Part shown: piece after piece, positions 1 through 12,082 of the stretch
Layout: every line of letters starts with the position of its first letter
How positions within the stretch are numbered: the first letter of the stretch is position 1
Source: Eledone cirrhosa
Taxonomy: Eukaryota
Assembly: GCA_964016885.1 (NCBI GenBank)
Contig: OZ024747.1
Coordinates: forward strand, 56,296,001-56,360,000
Direction: 5' to 3'
DNA: 64,000 nucleotides
Position numbers and translations under genes: made by a program
The notes under the pieces: generated by a model
The model's input: only the letters and a program-made list of their open reading frames with translations
The model's database searches: none
Told to the model about the DNA's origin: nothing

Positions 1-3
1 TTT

Positions 4-222
4 GAAACAGCGAGCGTGTTTGAAGATAGAAATAGAATCTTTTGCTGTATTTTTGACTAAGAAGTTTTAGCCTGATAGTGGGGTTTAAAACCCTCAAAGA
101 AATGGAAAGAGATGAATATTGACGTACATGTACATCAATACTTATTTTTTCTATTTCTTTGAGGGTTCTAAACCCCACTATCAGGCAGGCTAAAATTTCT
201 TTAGTAAAAAATATGGCGAAAG
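4..222. mobile_element. Fold-back hairpin with 3' half of a hammerhead motif (PLE-terminus-like)
   Basis: GAAA(4-7)-CAGC...GCTG-TA(44-49) forms an HHR stem III half; the 5' half would lie outside the window. Arms ~39-128 and 129-222 are inverted about GTACA|TGTAC with no loop, then (TA)n follows. A single arm of the same family lies at ~46931-47015. Confidence 0.65.
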
Positions 223-291
<69 letters not shown>

Positions 292-535
292 ATGGATATT
301 AATTTCCTTACCCTGAATGCAAACAAATCTGCATGAAAGAAGTGTAACCCATAAACGTTTACATAAAATCACTCACCAGACACAACCATACAAAATATAA
401 AGAAAAATTCAATCATAGCCTTCAAACCGATACCCCAATCCTTCCAACATAACAACAACCAACTTGCATCAATTACTGTTATGGAAGGGGTGACAGGCTT
501 CAACAGGCTGCAGCCACCATATTAAACACTTTTTG

Positions 536-577
<42 letters not shown>

Positions 578-1147
578 AGAGAGTGTGTGAGATGGTTACA
601 TGAATATTTACATAACAATGTGGCTAACTAGATAGATAAATAGATTGATAGATAGAGATGGAGGCGGAGAGCTTGCAGGTTATCTAACAAGATAGAGAGA
701 TATAGAGACAACCTTGAGAGTTAGATGGATAGCTTTCTTAGATTGCTTAATTAGATATATAGATAGGTAAATGGATATAGATAGATTGCTTGATATAGCA
801 ACATATAGCTAGGTAGATAGATATATGAATTAAATCATATATATACCTAGATTGTTAAAGAGATTGCGAGATCATCTGACAAATATACCGATTTAAGAAA
901 TCATTTTCTGAACACACACATGTAGTTACTGTATATTATTCATTTATCCTTGTCACATGTTCTGGATACATCCAATCACTTTAAGCTATCACAAATAGAT
1001 CTAATTCTACTGATGGTGATGATGATACTGCTATTGGCCACAAACCCACAAAGTATCTTAATATTCTTTCAATATAAATATTCTATTATCCCCTTTCACT
1101 CACGTTTCACTTTGTATTCCTTTTTAACATTGAAAAGAAAAATGACG

Positions 1148-1552
1148 TGTCTATATGTATATATATGTATGTATGTATGTAAGTATGTAAGTACGTCTAT
1201 ATGTATGTATATGTATGTAGGTATGTATGTGTATATGTATGTATGTAAGTACGTCTATATGTATGTATATGTATGTAGGTATGTATGTGTATATGTATGT
1301 ATGTAAGTAAGTACGTCTATATGTATGTATATGTATGTATGTATGTATGTGTATATGTATGTAAGTATGTATATGTATGTATATATATATATATATATAT
1401 TTATGTAAGTATATATATATATATGTATGTAAGCATGTATATGTAAGTATGTATGTGTGTATGCATATATATGTATGTATACATATATATATATATATAC
1501 ATATCTTTCTCACTCTCTATCTCTCTATATATATATATGTGTGTGTGTGTAC

Positions 1553-1585
<33 letters not shown>

Positions 1586-1712
1586 AGCATGTATATGTAA
1601 GTAAGTATGTATGTATATATGTATATATATATGTATGTATACATATATATACATATCTCTTTCTCTCTCTCTATATATATATATATGTGTGTGTGTATAT
1701 ATATATATATAT
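1148..1712. repeat. Compound (TA)n/(TATG)n/(TG)n microsatellite block
   Basis: Read directly; it generates the YI/MYV ORFs in the track. Confidence 0.95.
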
Positions 1713-2587
1713 TGTACATACACAAATTTTTCTTTAGTTTGGTTTATATTCTTTCAAAGAATCCATTCCTTCTCCTCCACTCTTCATTTATCTTTTGTTT
1801 GCTACTTTTTAATATTATATAAATATAAATATGCATGCATACATACATACATACATACATATATACATATATATGTATATATGTGTGTGTGTGTATGTAT
1901 ATATATATATATATATATTCATACACATACACACACACACATATATATATATATATAAATGTAGAAGTACATAAATTTTATTTTACTTTCAACATATATT
2001 ATTGTTACTTTTTTGTTTTACAAGACTGGGTGTGGTGGAGTATGGCATTATACTCATTCCTTGTGGTGGGGTGACGAGGGTATTTTTGTTTGTTTGTTTG
2101 TTTGTTTTGGGATTTGTTTTTCAGAGCTGAACACAAAAATATGAATATATATATATATATAAAGGAAAAGATACACAAATAAAGTATAGAAGATATGATT
2201 AAAAAATCTGAGAAATTATCTTTAAGGAAGCAATTCTTTAGTTTATTAACAACAGGAAAGGTAGAATTAATTCCAGATTTGATTTACATACGTATATATA
2301 TTCTTGGTGTTATTTCATGGTTGCTTCTGTTTTTGTTTTCTATTGTATTTTATTTTATTTCTTATTTTGCTGTAGTGGCAGTGGTAGCTGTTGTTTATTG
2401 TTGTTCTTTTTCTTCTTCTTTATTTCATCCTTCTTAAGTGGATTAGACCATATTCCAATGCAGGATTTTGTAAAATATTCTGAGATTCCTTAAGGTCATT
2501 CCTTCCTTAAAAATCTTACAATCTGCAACAGTTTTTTACTATTTTATTTCATTTTAGTAATTTTTTTATAGTTTTTAATTCATTCAT

Positions 2588-2603
2588 TTATTATTATTAT
2601 TAC

Positions 2604-2655
<52 letters not shown>

Positions 2656-2733
2656 GCCATTATTATTATTATTTCGTTGAAGCAGTAAAAGTAATAGAAA
2701 ATGGAAATATAAAAATATGACTGTATTAATAAC

Positions 2734-2786
<53 letters not shown>

Positions 2787-2998
2787 GATGATAATCATGA
2801 TGATGATACTTATAATGATAACAGCAATATTATATGTACATATATATACATATATATATATTATGTATATATACATATATATATATTATGTATATATAAA
2901 TATATATATATTATGTATTAATATATATAAATATATATATTATGTATTAATATATATAAATATATATATTATGTATATATAAATATATATATATATTA

Positions 2999-3077
<79 letters not shown>
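2588..3077. repeat. (ATT)n, then complementary (ATA/ATG)n, then long (TA)n
   Basis: Read directly. Confidence 0.95.
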
Positions 3078-3081
<4 letters not shown>

Positions 3082-3307
3082 GATCAAAGTTTTAGGATTA
3101 AATCTCTTGTATAAAACATGAAATCTTTAGTAAATGAAAAAACCAAAAATATAAAAATAAATGCCAGAAAAAGTGAAAGAAATCATATATTTGTGTATAA
3201 GTGAAAGAAATCATATATATATATGTATGTATATGTATATATATATATATATGCATGTATATATGTATGTATTAGTATATATGTATATATATGTATATAT
3301 ATGTATG

Positions 3308-3364
<57 letters not shown>

Positions 3365-3590
3365 TTCAGAAGAAAGATGTAATATTTGAGCTGCTAAAGC
3401 CCTTTTATCATAGAATCTTCTAGAAATGTTGCTAATACATGTTTCATTTCCGTTTCGTAGACTAATATATTTTCATATTTGTTACCTTATTGATTATATA
3501 TTTTCAATACTGACCACAAATACAGTCCTCATGATCTGGTGGAATCTTATGAAATAGTATGCATTTATTTATTTCATTCAACATGAATGT

Positions 3591-3730
3591 GGCATAGGTG
3601 AATGTTTAAGAAATTTTGCTTTGTAAGCATTAGGTCCCAGGTTTCATCCCATTGTATGGCTCCTTGGGTAAATATTATTTACACTATCATTAGATCAACC
3701 CCAGATTTAGGAGTGAAATTGGGTAGAAGT
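3591..3730 (+). mobile_element. Diverged tRNA-headed SINE (family A), 5' part; resumes at ~4734-4825
   Basis: Collinear with copies at ~17060-17235, 40380-40535 and 58375-58540 (head, ccttggg, actat, gagtgaaatt(t)ggtaga, ggaaactg). Confidence 0.65.
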
Positions 3731-4489
3731 CTATACTACCAGAAGATCAACCCAAGATTTATGAGTGAAATTGGGTAGAAGTCTATACTACCAGAAGATC
3801 AACCCAAGATTTATGAGTGAAATTGGGTAGAAGTCTATACTACCAGAAGATCAACCCAAGATTTATGAGTGAAATTGGGTAGAAGTTTACTCTATCATTA
3901 GATCAACCCCAGATTTATGAGTGAAATTGGGTAGAAGTCTATACTACCAGAAGATCAACCCAAGATTTATGAGTGAAATTGGGTAGAAGTTTACTCTATC
4001 ATTAGATCAACCCCAGATTTATGAGTGAAATTGGGTAGAAGTCTATACTATCAGAAGATCTACCCAAGATTTATGAGTGAAATTGGGTAGAAGTTTACAC
4101 TATCATTAGATCAACCCCAGATTTATGAGTGAAATTGGGTAGAAGTCTATGCTATCAGAAGATCAACCCAAGATTTATGAGTGAAATTGGATAGAAGTTT
4201 ACTCTATCATTAGATCAACCCCAGATTTATGAGTGAAATTGGATAGAAGTCTATACTATCAGAAGATCAACCCAAGATTTATGAGTGAAATTGGGTAGAA
4301 GTCTATACTATCAGAAGATCAACCCAAGATTTATGAGTGAAATTGGGTAGAAGTTTACACTATCATTAGATCAACCCCAGATTTATGAGTGAAATTGGGT
4401 AGAAGTCTATACTATCAGAAGATCAACCCAAGATTTATGAGTGAAATTGGGTAGAAGTTTACACTATCATTAGATCAACCCAAGATTTA
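3678..4489. repeat. 52-bp minisatellite, ~15.5 units, two unit variants
   Basis: AGATCAACCC recurs at 3692, 3744 ... 4472 (period 52). Unit: agatcaacccaagatttatgagtgaaattgggtagaagtctatactaccaga. Confidence 0.95.
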
Positions 4490-4733
4490 TCTATATATAA
4501 ATCTGAGCGACTACCGCCACACACTAGAGAGGATTGAGGTAGGAAGGGGTGATGATGACCTCTCACACTAGAGATAATTGAGGTAGGAAGGGGTGATGAT
4601 GACACACACTAGAGATAACTTTACAAAGTACAGAAAACAGCGTGTAACATTCACTAAACTTGTTTGTCCAATTTACATACACACACACACACATGTATGC
4701 ACATACACGTCAGCATGTTGAAAAAAATTCTAA
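4490..4733 (+). mobile_element. Short non-autonomous Helitron-like insertion
   Basis: Starts TCTATATATAAA, ends CTAA (CTRR), has a small palindrome tcagcatgttga near the 3' end, and splits the minisatellite unit ttta|tgag between A and T with no TSD. Contains an internal ~44-bp direct repeat. Confidence 0.7.
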
Positions 4734-5829
4734 TGAGGGAAAATGGATAGAAGTTTACTATATCATTGAGGCAACACTAGATTTATGAATGAAATTGTAT
4801 AGAAGGAAACTGCTTGGGAGCTTGTTGGATGGTCTGTACCTGTAATTCATATAACCTTCCTTGTCATACACTGTGTCTTGCTGCATCTACCCAAGAGGCA
4901 TACACATGACATATGTTCCTGCAGCCTATCTAACAGACTTAAAAGAGAACTGATGTGGATGTTATAACATACAGGGAAAGTATATGTAAAATAGAGGTAA
5001 TGCTGATAATGATGATGATATTAACCCTTTAGCATTTACATTACTCTATATATGATATTGTATTCTTGTGGTAAAGGCATTGTCTTACACTAGCAGAGGT
5101 ACCCGGCGTTGCTCGAGTATTAAATAGCAGTTATGTATACCATTTATGTCAATACTTCAGTGCTGCTTTGAAAACTATACTTTTACAAAATCATTGGCTT
5201 TTTCCAAAAGGGGGGTTCCTGCCCCCAGGGGTCCCCTACTCAATATGTGCCAATTCTGAGAGTTCACATTCATCTGTAGAACAAACATAGCCCATGTGTC
5301 AAGTTTTGTGAAAATCGGTTGCGAACTCCAGGAGTTATGACGTTTTGTTGTATTGCACTGCAGTGCTTCACTCGACTCGAAGGAAGCGGTTGAAAGGGGT
5401 TATCTGCCAGGAGGCCCTATAATCAATATCTGGAAAAATACGCGCATGTATGTGTATGTATGTATTTGTGTGTGCGTATGTATGTGTATGTCCGTCGGCA
5501 CATACATATGTACTGGCCTAAATCTTCACTATTTACTTTTACTATTTTAATAACCTCTGTCATTTTCGTTTTCAATTTTATTTACATCATTTTTAAACTC
5601 CGGGGCTGGAAATCATTCGGTTATTTTAAATAGAATATTAGTCTAACGACTCCATTTATACCATAAACTTGGTTTTGTCTTTGCATGAAAGTGTTCTTCT
5701 CAGTCCACATAACGTTGTATTATTCTCGATTTTTTTCCGTTCATTACCAGGGAACGTCTTCACGAACCAAAATATCATCTTCCTGTTTTCCTTCGGTTGC
5801 AACGTTTCCCGAAATATTTACTTCTGCGT

Positions 5830-5908
5830 TCACAGATTAAAACTTTTAGTTTCAGAAGATCCCGTTAATGTTGAAAGCAGTGATTCTTTGCTTAAACTTT
5901 AATCTGTT
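5830..5908 (+). ncRNA. Variant hammerhead-like motif (family Y, CAGAAGA core)
   Basis: agttt CAGAAGA tcccgttaatgtt GAAA gca...tgc TT aaact, enclosed by acagattaaa/tttaatctgt. Homologous to 58681-58733. Confidence 0.5.
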
Positions 5909-5916
5909 CTTATAAC

Positions 5917-6057
5917 AAATATCCAGAATTATCCGTCGAAACGGCTTGAGCTCAGCTGTCGGGGTCTTACTGGTTCCTATTACCCACTCTACTACCTCAA
6001 GTATTGAGTACTTTGGTGCGTTATGGTCCACCTGGTTCCTTACCACATTTCCTTCGT

Positions 6058-6058
<1 letters not shown>
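5917..6058 (+). mobile_element. Family X half-hammerhead cassette
   Basis: ccagaattatccgtc GAAA cggcttgagctcagctg TC ggggtc, then an ~80-bp constant tail ending ccttcgtta, then (TA)n. Confidence 0.75.
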
Positions 6059-6119
<61 letters not shown>

Positions 6120-6380
6120 CTTTGTACTGCTTTTGGAGGAAGGAGTGACCAGCAGTACGTTGTTCGGTATTATTACGAAAAGGTGTAGCAGAGAATCCCG
6201 CATGAACTAACAGCTCGGGAGGAAACTGCTTACCTCGAAGATTCATCGTTTTTGTCAACCCTCCGTTTACTTGGTATTTGTTGGTCTACAGTTAGATGAA
6301 TGGCGCACAAAGAGTTAATGTTTATTGGCAAGAAGTTTTTTGAATAATAAAAGATGGGTTAAAGCGACCTACAATGTATC

Positions 6381-6424
<44 letters not shown>

Positions 6425-6502
6425 GGAGGTGAGTTTAATTGTAGAACAATAAAACTATGCATATATCAGATAAGTAGCACTCAACAGTTGATAGAACTGG
6501 AG

Positions 6503-6893
6503 TATATATATAAGAAGAAATTAAAAGATGGTTAAAAAAGTTCCATATATTTTATTATGCACATTTCAAAAACAAATATCATCCTGGGACGATAGTTGCG
6601 TTCTCATCAGATAAAATGAGGTAACATGATATGATGCCTAAAAAAAAACCCTTCTGAACAAGAAAGTGTCCAGTCAACATATGATAAAGTTTTCCAATCT
6701 TCTTTCTCCTATTATATTTTTTTATCATATGTTAATTGGACACTTTCTTGTTCACAAGGGTTTTTTTTAGGCATCATATGATGTTACCTTATTTTATCTG
6801 ATGAGAACGCAACTATTGTCCCAGGATGATATTTGTTTTTGAAATGCGCATAATAAAATATATGGAACTTTTTTAACCATCTTTTAATTTCTT

Positions 6894-6905
<12 letters not shown>
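6503..6905. repeat. Long inverted repeat (~185-bp arms, ~32-bp spacer) with a hammerhead motif in each arm
   Basis: 6503-6688 is the reverse complement of 6721-6905 with only scattered mismatches. Both outer ends run into TA repeats. Confidence 0.9.
6790..6860 (+). ncRNA. Type I hammerhead ribozyme motif (PLE type)
   Basis: tattttat CTGATGA(6798-6804) [stem II with inner tattgtcc/ggatgata hairpin] GAAA(6841-6844) tgcgca TA ataaaata. Perfect 8-bp stem I and a palindromic stem III. Confidence 0.75.
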
Positions 6906-6942
<37 letters not shown>

Positions 6943-7045
6943 ATACATATATTTTTATGTGTATATTTATATATGTGTATATGTGTATATCTATATATGT
7001 GTATATGTGTTTGCATATGTATGTATATATATATATATATATATA

Positions 7046-7211
7046 TAGGAACAAGTAAGACCCCGACGGCTGAGCTCAAGCCATTTCGTCGAAACGGCTT
7101 GAGCTCAGCCGTCGGGGTCTTACTTGTTCCTATTACCCACTCTACTACCCTAAGTATTGAGTACTTTGGTGCGTTATGGTCCACCTGGTTCCTTACCACA
7201 TTTCCTTCGTT
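7046..7211 (+). mobile_element. Family X cassette with 43-bp fold-back arms
   Basis: 7046-7088 and 7090-7132 are inverted with 1 mismatch and a 1-nt loop, followed by the constant tail. (TA)n on both sides. Confidence 0.85.
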
Positions 7212-7628
7212 ATATATATATATATATATATATGTATATGTGCATATATGTGTGTGTTTATGTATATATGTGTATATATATATGTATATATAAGTATATA
7301 TGTATATATAAGTATATATGTATATATATTTGTGTGTGTGAGTGTGAATGTAGCGAAGATAATACGTCAGCAATGACGTGTTCGTCAGAATGTCGTTATG
7401 CAGACAGCCAGACATACAGACAGATATTATAAGAGCTCGACGGAGATCGATAACCGGCGCCTAACACCCCTTTAACAAAAGAAAATTGAAAAATAAAAGC
7501 TGCAGTTAGTATCGTTAGACCACAAGAACTATATAAATGCAAGTTTGAAGTCAATCAGAGTAGAAATGTGTATTTGTATAGACTTTGCAAAATTGAGGAC
7601 ACACACACATAGACAACAGTTTTATATA

Positions 7629-7972
7629 TCATCATTTCATCATTTCATTTTTACGTCAGCTTTTTCCCTGCTTTCAAGGGTGGGACGGGAACTGATTCTG
7701 GCTTGATTTCTACAGCTGGATGCCCTTCCTAACATCAACCTCATTTACAGTGAGTGATGGGTGCTTTTTTGCCATGGCACCTCCACAACCACTTTGCAGT
7801 GGAATCATAAGGACCGCAGTCCCTATCATCTCATTTCTACAGCTGAGTAAACTGCAGCAATGTGAAATAAAGTTTCTTGCTCAAAGAAACAACACATCAC
7901 CTGGTCTGAGAATTGAACTCACAACCTTTCGATTGCAAGGCCAATGCTCTAACCACTAAGCCATGTGCCCCC
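7629..7972 (-). mobile_element. Full-length tRNA-headed CORE-like SINE with RTE-derived body and tail (family C)
   Basis: Minus strand: A box tggcttagtgg, B box gagttcaattctc, CORE-like ttgagcaaga...cagtttactcagctgtagaaatg, ttaggaagggcatccagctgtagaaa, and an (ATG/AAATG)n tail. Near-identical to 11451-11785 and 56548-56876. Confidence 0.9.
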
Positions 7973-8142
7973 ATATATAGATAATTATCCTACATAATAT
8001 TGAATCTATGAGATGTTGATATTATTTTTTTTTGAGAACAATACCTTAACATCAGTATAAGTGGCTGGTTACAGCCGGTTTGTTCAGAAAAAGGTGAGAG
8101 ATTTCTGGCCAGCTGCAACTGGTTTAAATGATAAAGTGTTAA

Positions 8143-8382
8143 TAATGATGACGTTAAAAATGATGATGAAGATTATGTCAATGATGATGATGTTAATAAT
8201 GTCAATGATTATGTTAACAATGATGACAATGATGATGATGATGATGACGACAATGATAATGATGATGACAACAATGTCAATGATGATGATGATGATAATG
8301 GCAATGATGATGACAATGATGATGATGATGATGATGATAATGTTGATGATAATTCCAATAATGATAATGAAGACAATGTTGG

Positions 8383-8413
<31 letters not shown>

Positions 8414-8608
8414 AATAACATTAGTGTCAAGGATAAAGGCATTACTGATAAAGATAAAGATGATGATAATGATGATAATGTTGGTGATGATGATGACAAA
8501 GTCAGTGATGATGATGATGATGATGATAATAACATTAGTGTCAAGGATAAAGGCATTACTGATAAAGATAAAGATGATTATAATGATGATGATGATGATG
8601 ATGATGAT
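8143..8608. repeat. Degenerate (ATG)n microsatellite with an internal duplication
   Basis: Read directly; source of the poly-Met and poly-Ser ORFs. Confidence 0.95.
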
Positions 8609-9143
8609 GCTACACTAGTGACACCAGCAAGCCAACTATGATGTTGAAGTGTTGTATTGTTGTTTAAGTCCCTATATATAATATTTAGTGTTCTAACTTC
8701 AATAAACTAACCTTAGCAACTCTTTTATCTCACTTAACAATCTGTATAGAGTTATTTTTGGGGGGTAGGGAGGTAGAATGGGGAGCTAGGGGTCTGCATT
8801 TTGAAACATGAGAAAGAAATCCCTGGCCTCACAGCAATAGAAATGGTGGCACCAATAATGGTAAAGTGTGTTATTACTATCCTGATTTTTAGGAGCCGAT
8901 TCCTTCTACAAGATTCTTTGATCTTACCAAACAGCTGCTGGAGTTCTCATTACAATAGAAAACAGCAGTATTGCTGTATCATGTCTTTTATCTCACTCTC
9001 CCTGTTATCTCATAGTTTATTTTACTTGTAGTAAATCCCAGAATAACAACAATTGTAGAAGAACATGATAATACATGACACAATGGGATATATTACAGAA
9101 TATATAGAATTAACATAAGCTTCAAGCATGCAAAGTCTATGAC

Positions 9144-9186
<43 letters not shown>

Positions 9187-9201
9187 TACACATGTATGTG
9201 T

Positions 9202-9381
9202 CATCAGCATCATCATCACCGTTTTACGTCCGTTCTTCCACGCTAGCATGGGTTAGACAGGTTGTCCTGTTGTGGCCAGTGTCTGGTTGGCTGACCATGC
9301 CTTGCTCATACAGGAACTGATTTGGCTTGATTTCTACAGTTGGATGCCCTTCCTAACACCAACCTCATTTTCAGTGAGTGT
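9202..9381 (-). mobile_element. 3' part of family C SINE with alternative longer tail
   Basis: Matches 15990-16163 (+) and 46757-46882 (-). Confidence 0.8.
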
Positions 9382-9546
9382 GAATATATATATAATATAA
9401 TTATGTATATACATAATTGCAAGCAGGGAAAAGCGGACGGAAAATTATGATGTTGATATATATATACATATATACGTATGTATATGTGTGTATATATGTA
9501 TGTGTGTATATATATGTGTGTGTATATATATATGTGTATATATATA

Positions 9547-9621
<75 letters not shown>

Positions 9622-9641
9622 ATATATATATGTATATATAT

Positions 9642-9870
9642 ACAGTTTACTCAGCTGTAGAAATGAGATGATAGGGACTGGGGTCCCTACCATTCCACTG
9701 CAAAGTGGTTGTGGAGGTGCCACGGCAAAAAAGCACTGACCACTCACTGTAAATGAGGGTGGTGTTAGGAAGGGCATCCAGCTGTAGAAATCAAGCCAGA
9801 ATCAGTTCCCATCCCACCCTTGCAAGCAGGGAAAGAGCGGACGTAAAATGAAATGATGATGAATGATGAT
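9642..9870 (+). mobile_element. Family C SINE lacking its head, truncated at (TA)n
   Basis: Reverse complement of the body of 7629-7972. Confidence 0.85.
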
Positions 9871-9880
9871 ATATATATAT

Positions 9881-9985
9881 ATTTATTAAAATAACAGATT
9901 AATTGCTCTACGGTTCTTATATATTTGATATATATTTATCCTTATCGAGCCCTCTTTGGATTTTAGTCTTCAAATTTATTATTAT

Positions 9986-9990
<5 letters not shown>
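9881..9990 (-). mobile_element. Family Y cassette with the hammerhead segment missing
   Basis: Shares gagccctctttggattttagtcttcaaatttatt and taaaataacagattaa with 58620-58752. Confidence 0.7.
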
Positions 9991-10022
<32 letters not shown>

Positions 10023-10117
10023 TATATATATTGAGATAAGCAGAACAAGTAAAATTCAACCAATTTTTCAAAATAAATCAAAATTAATATACAATTAAAA
10101 TTAATCAAAATTAAAAA

Positions 10118-10162
<45 letters not shown>

Positions 10163-10454
10163 TTATATACATACTTATATATGTTTTAGAATTGTAGTTA
10201 TAATATTTTAATTTTGTTATTAATGTTTGTGATAAATGAACTTAATAACCTGTAGTTTTGCATGGAATGAATATGAAATAATTTACAGGAGCAACTCATT
10301 TGATAATCAACACTGTATATATCATCATCATCATCATTGTTTGATGCCCATTGTCCACGTTAGCATGGGTCAGACGAGTTGTCCCATTGTGAGAGATCCA
10401 GGCCAGATGACTGCCTTTTGGCTTGGTTTATATGGCCGGATGCCTTTCCTAACA

Positions 10455-11095
10455 CCTGAGTGGTTGACATAATTCCTTGTCTATTTTAACACCACCAGCT
10501 GACCAGTGGTCTACCTGAGTACTAGACATAGTTCCTTACCTGGTTTAATACCACCAACTGACCAGTGGTCTACCTGAGTACTAGATATAGTTCCTTACCT
10601 GGTTTAATACCACCAACTGACCAGTGGTCTACCTGAGTACTAGACATAGTTCCTTACCTGGTTTAATACCACCAACTGACCAGTGGTCTACCTGAGTACT
10701 AGATATAGTTCCTTACCTGGTTTAATACCACCAACTGACCAGTGGTCTACCTGAGTACTAGACATAGTTCCTTACCTGGTTTAATACCACCAACTGACCA
10801 GTGGTCTACCTGAGTACTAGACATAGTTCCTTACCTGGTTTAATACCACCAACTGACCTGTGGTCTAGCTGAGTACTAGATATAGTTCCTTACCTGGTTT
10901 AATACCACCAACTGACCTGTGGTCTACCTGAGTACTAGACATAGTTCCTTACCTGGTTTAATACCACCAACTGACCAGTGGTCTAGCTGAGTACTAGACA
11001 TAGTTCCTTACCTGGTTTAATACCACCAACTGACCTGTGGCCTACTTCAGTGGTAAACATAATTCCTTGCCTAGTTTAACATCACCAGCTGACTC
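10455..11095. repeat. 59-bp minisatellite, ~11 units, adjoining an RTE-tailed SINE remnant (10321-10455, minus)
   Basis: CCTGAGT recurs at 10455, 10514 ... (period 59). Unit: cctgagtactagacatagttccttacctggtttaataccaccaactgaccagtggtcta. First and last units are diverged. Confidence 0.95.
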
Positions 11096-11305
11096 TTGGG
11101 TACTTTTAACAGAGTCCACTGTGTTGCAAGCATTTGAGTTTGGTGGTGTTGTTGTTGTTATTGGTGGTGGGGTACCTTCTGCTACTACTAATACAGTTAC
11201 AATATCGATTTTCCAGATATATTCAAGAGTGGACACGCGACTATTCTGAAACCCATCATGTATATATGTGTATATATGTGTTTGTGCCAACAAAATAAAC
11301 AACTA

Positions 11306-12082
11306 TTAACCCTTTCAGGACTGCATTTCTAATGAAACACACTCTATTTCAATTAGTTGATGAAGAATGTTGAGGGATTTACTAAAATTATCAATTATTT
11401 CATTACTAAGATAATAACTTAATGTGGGTTTCTTATATTCAATATTATTTTCATTTCATTTCATTTTAAGTCAGCTTTTCCCTGCTTACAAGGGTGGGAC
11501 AGGAACTGATTCTGGCTTGATTTCTACAGCTGGATGCCCTTCCTAACACCAACCTTATTTACAGTGAGTGCTGGCTGCTTTTTTGCCATGGCACCTCCAC
11601 GACCAGTTTGCAGTGGAATGATACGGACCCCAGTCCCTATCATCTCATTTCTACAGCTGAGTAAACTGGAGCAATGTGAAATAAAGTGTCTTGCTCAAGG
11701 AAACAACACATCACCCGGTCTGAGAATTGAACTCACAACCTTTCGATTGCAAGGCCAATGCTCTAACCACTAAGCCATGTGCCTCAATATATGTTGGAAG
11801 ATTTTAATGTAAATTGGAAACCTTTAAAATAGGTCATTTTATTTCATAGAACCAGAGCCAGTTTGGGCCAGGTTGATAACAAAAGAGTTTGAATAGGTGG
11901 TTTTATTTCACAGAAACAGAGCTGGTTTTTGCCAGGTTGGTAACTAAAGAGTTTAAATAGGTGGTTTTATTGCATAGAACCAGAGCTGATTTGGGCCAGG
12001 TTGGTAACTAAAGAGTTTAAATAGGTGGTTTTATTGCATAGAACCAGAGCCATATTTGGCCAGGTTGGGAACAAATGGGCTA
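11306..12082. mobile_element. piggyBac-like MITE (family M2) with a nested SINE and a four-fold repeated right end
   Basis: Starts TTAACCCTTTC. A 64-bp unit (ATAGGT at 11829, 11893, 11957, 12021) ends each time in a TIR-like gtaactaaagagtttaa. Related pieces at ~21794-21965 and 61375-61746. Confidence 0.65.
11451..11785 (-). mobile_element. Full-length family C SINE
   Basis: A and B boxes, CORE-like block, RTE-like tail. Probable short TSD (c)aatat. Confidence 0.9.

Larger units (their letters stand above)
5090..7981 (-). mobile_element. Non-autonomous Helitron carrying nested repeats
   Basis: On the minus strand it starts TCTATATAT at 7981 and ends ctcgagcaacgccgggtacctctgCTAG at 5090 (subterminal hairpin plus CTAG). 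Inserted between A and T of the host MITE with no TSD. No Rep/helicase ORF. Confidence 0.8.
5021..8142. mobile_element. piggyBac-like TTAA MITE (family M1) split by a 2.9-kb nested insertion
   Basis: Left part 5021-5089 (TTAA CCCTTTAGCATTTAC...) and right part 7982-8142 (...AAATGATAAAGTG TTAA) join into the sequence of the intact copy at 31509-31723. Confidence 0.8.

Noticed and set aside
3678-4489. CRISPR-like regular array (likewise 10455-11095 and 28033-28389)
   Set aside because: There are no unique spacers: whole units repeat. No cas genes are present, the context is eukaryotic, and the 52-bp unit derives from a SINE.
5852-6210. Recurrent peptides [14 protein letters not shown] / [16 protein letters not shown] as a small-protein family
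   Set aside because: They are translations of the family X constant tail in different frames; the conservation is at nucleotide and structure level.
7720-7959. Recurrent [15 protein letters not shown]... (also 9445, 11534, 15452, 56630) as a gene family
   Set aside because: It is the antisense reading of SINE family C; copy boundaries follow the SINE.
11715-11785. tRNA genes at SINE heads
   Set aside because: A and B boxes are present but there is no acceptor stem closure, and each head continues into a SINE body.
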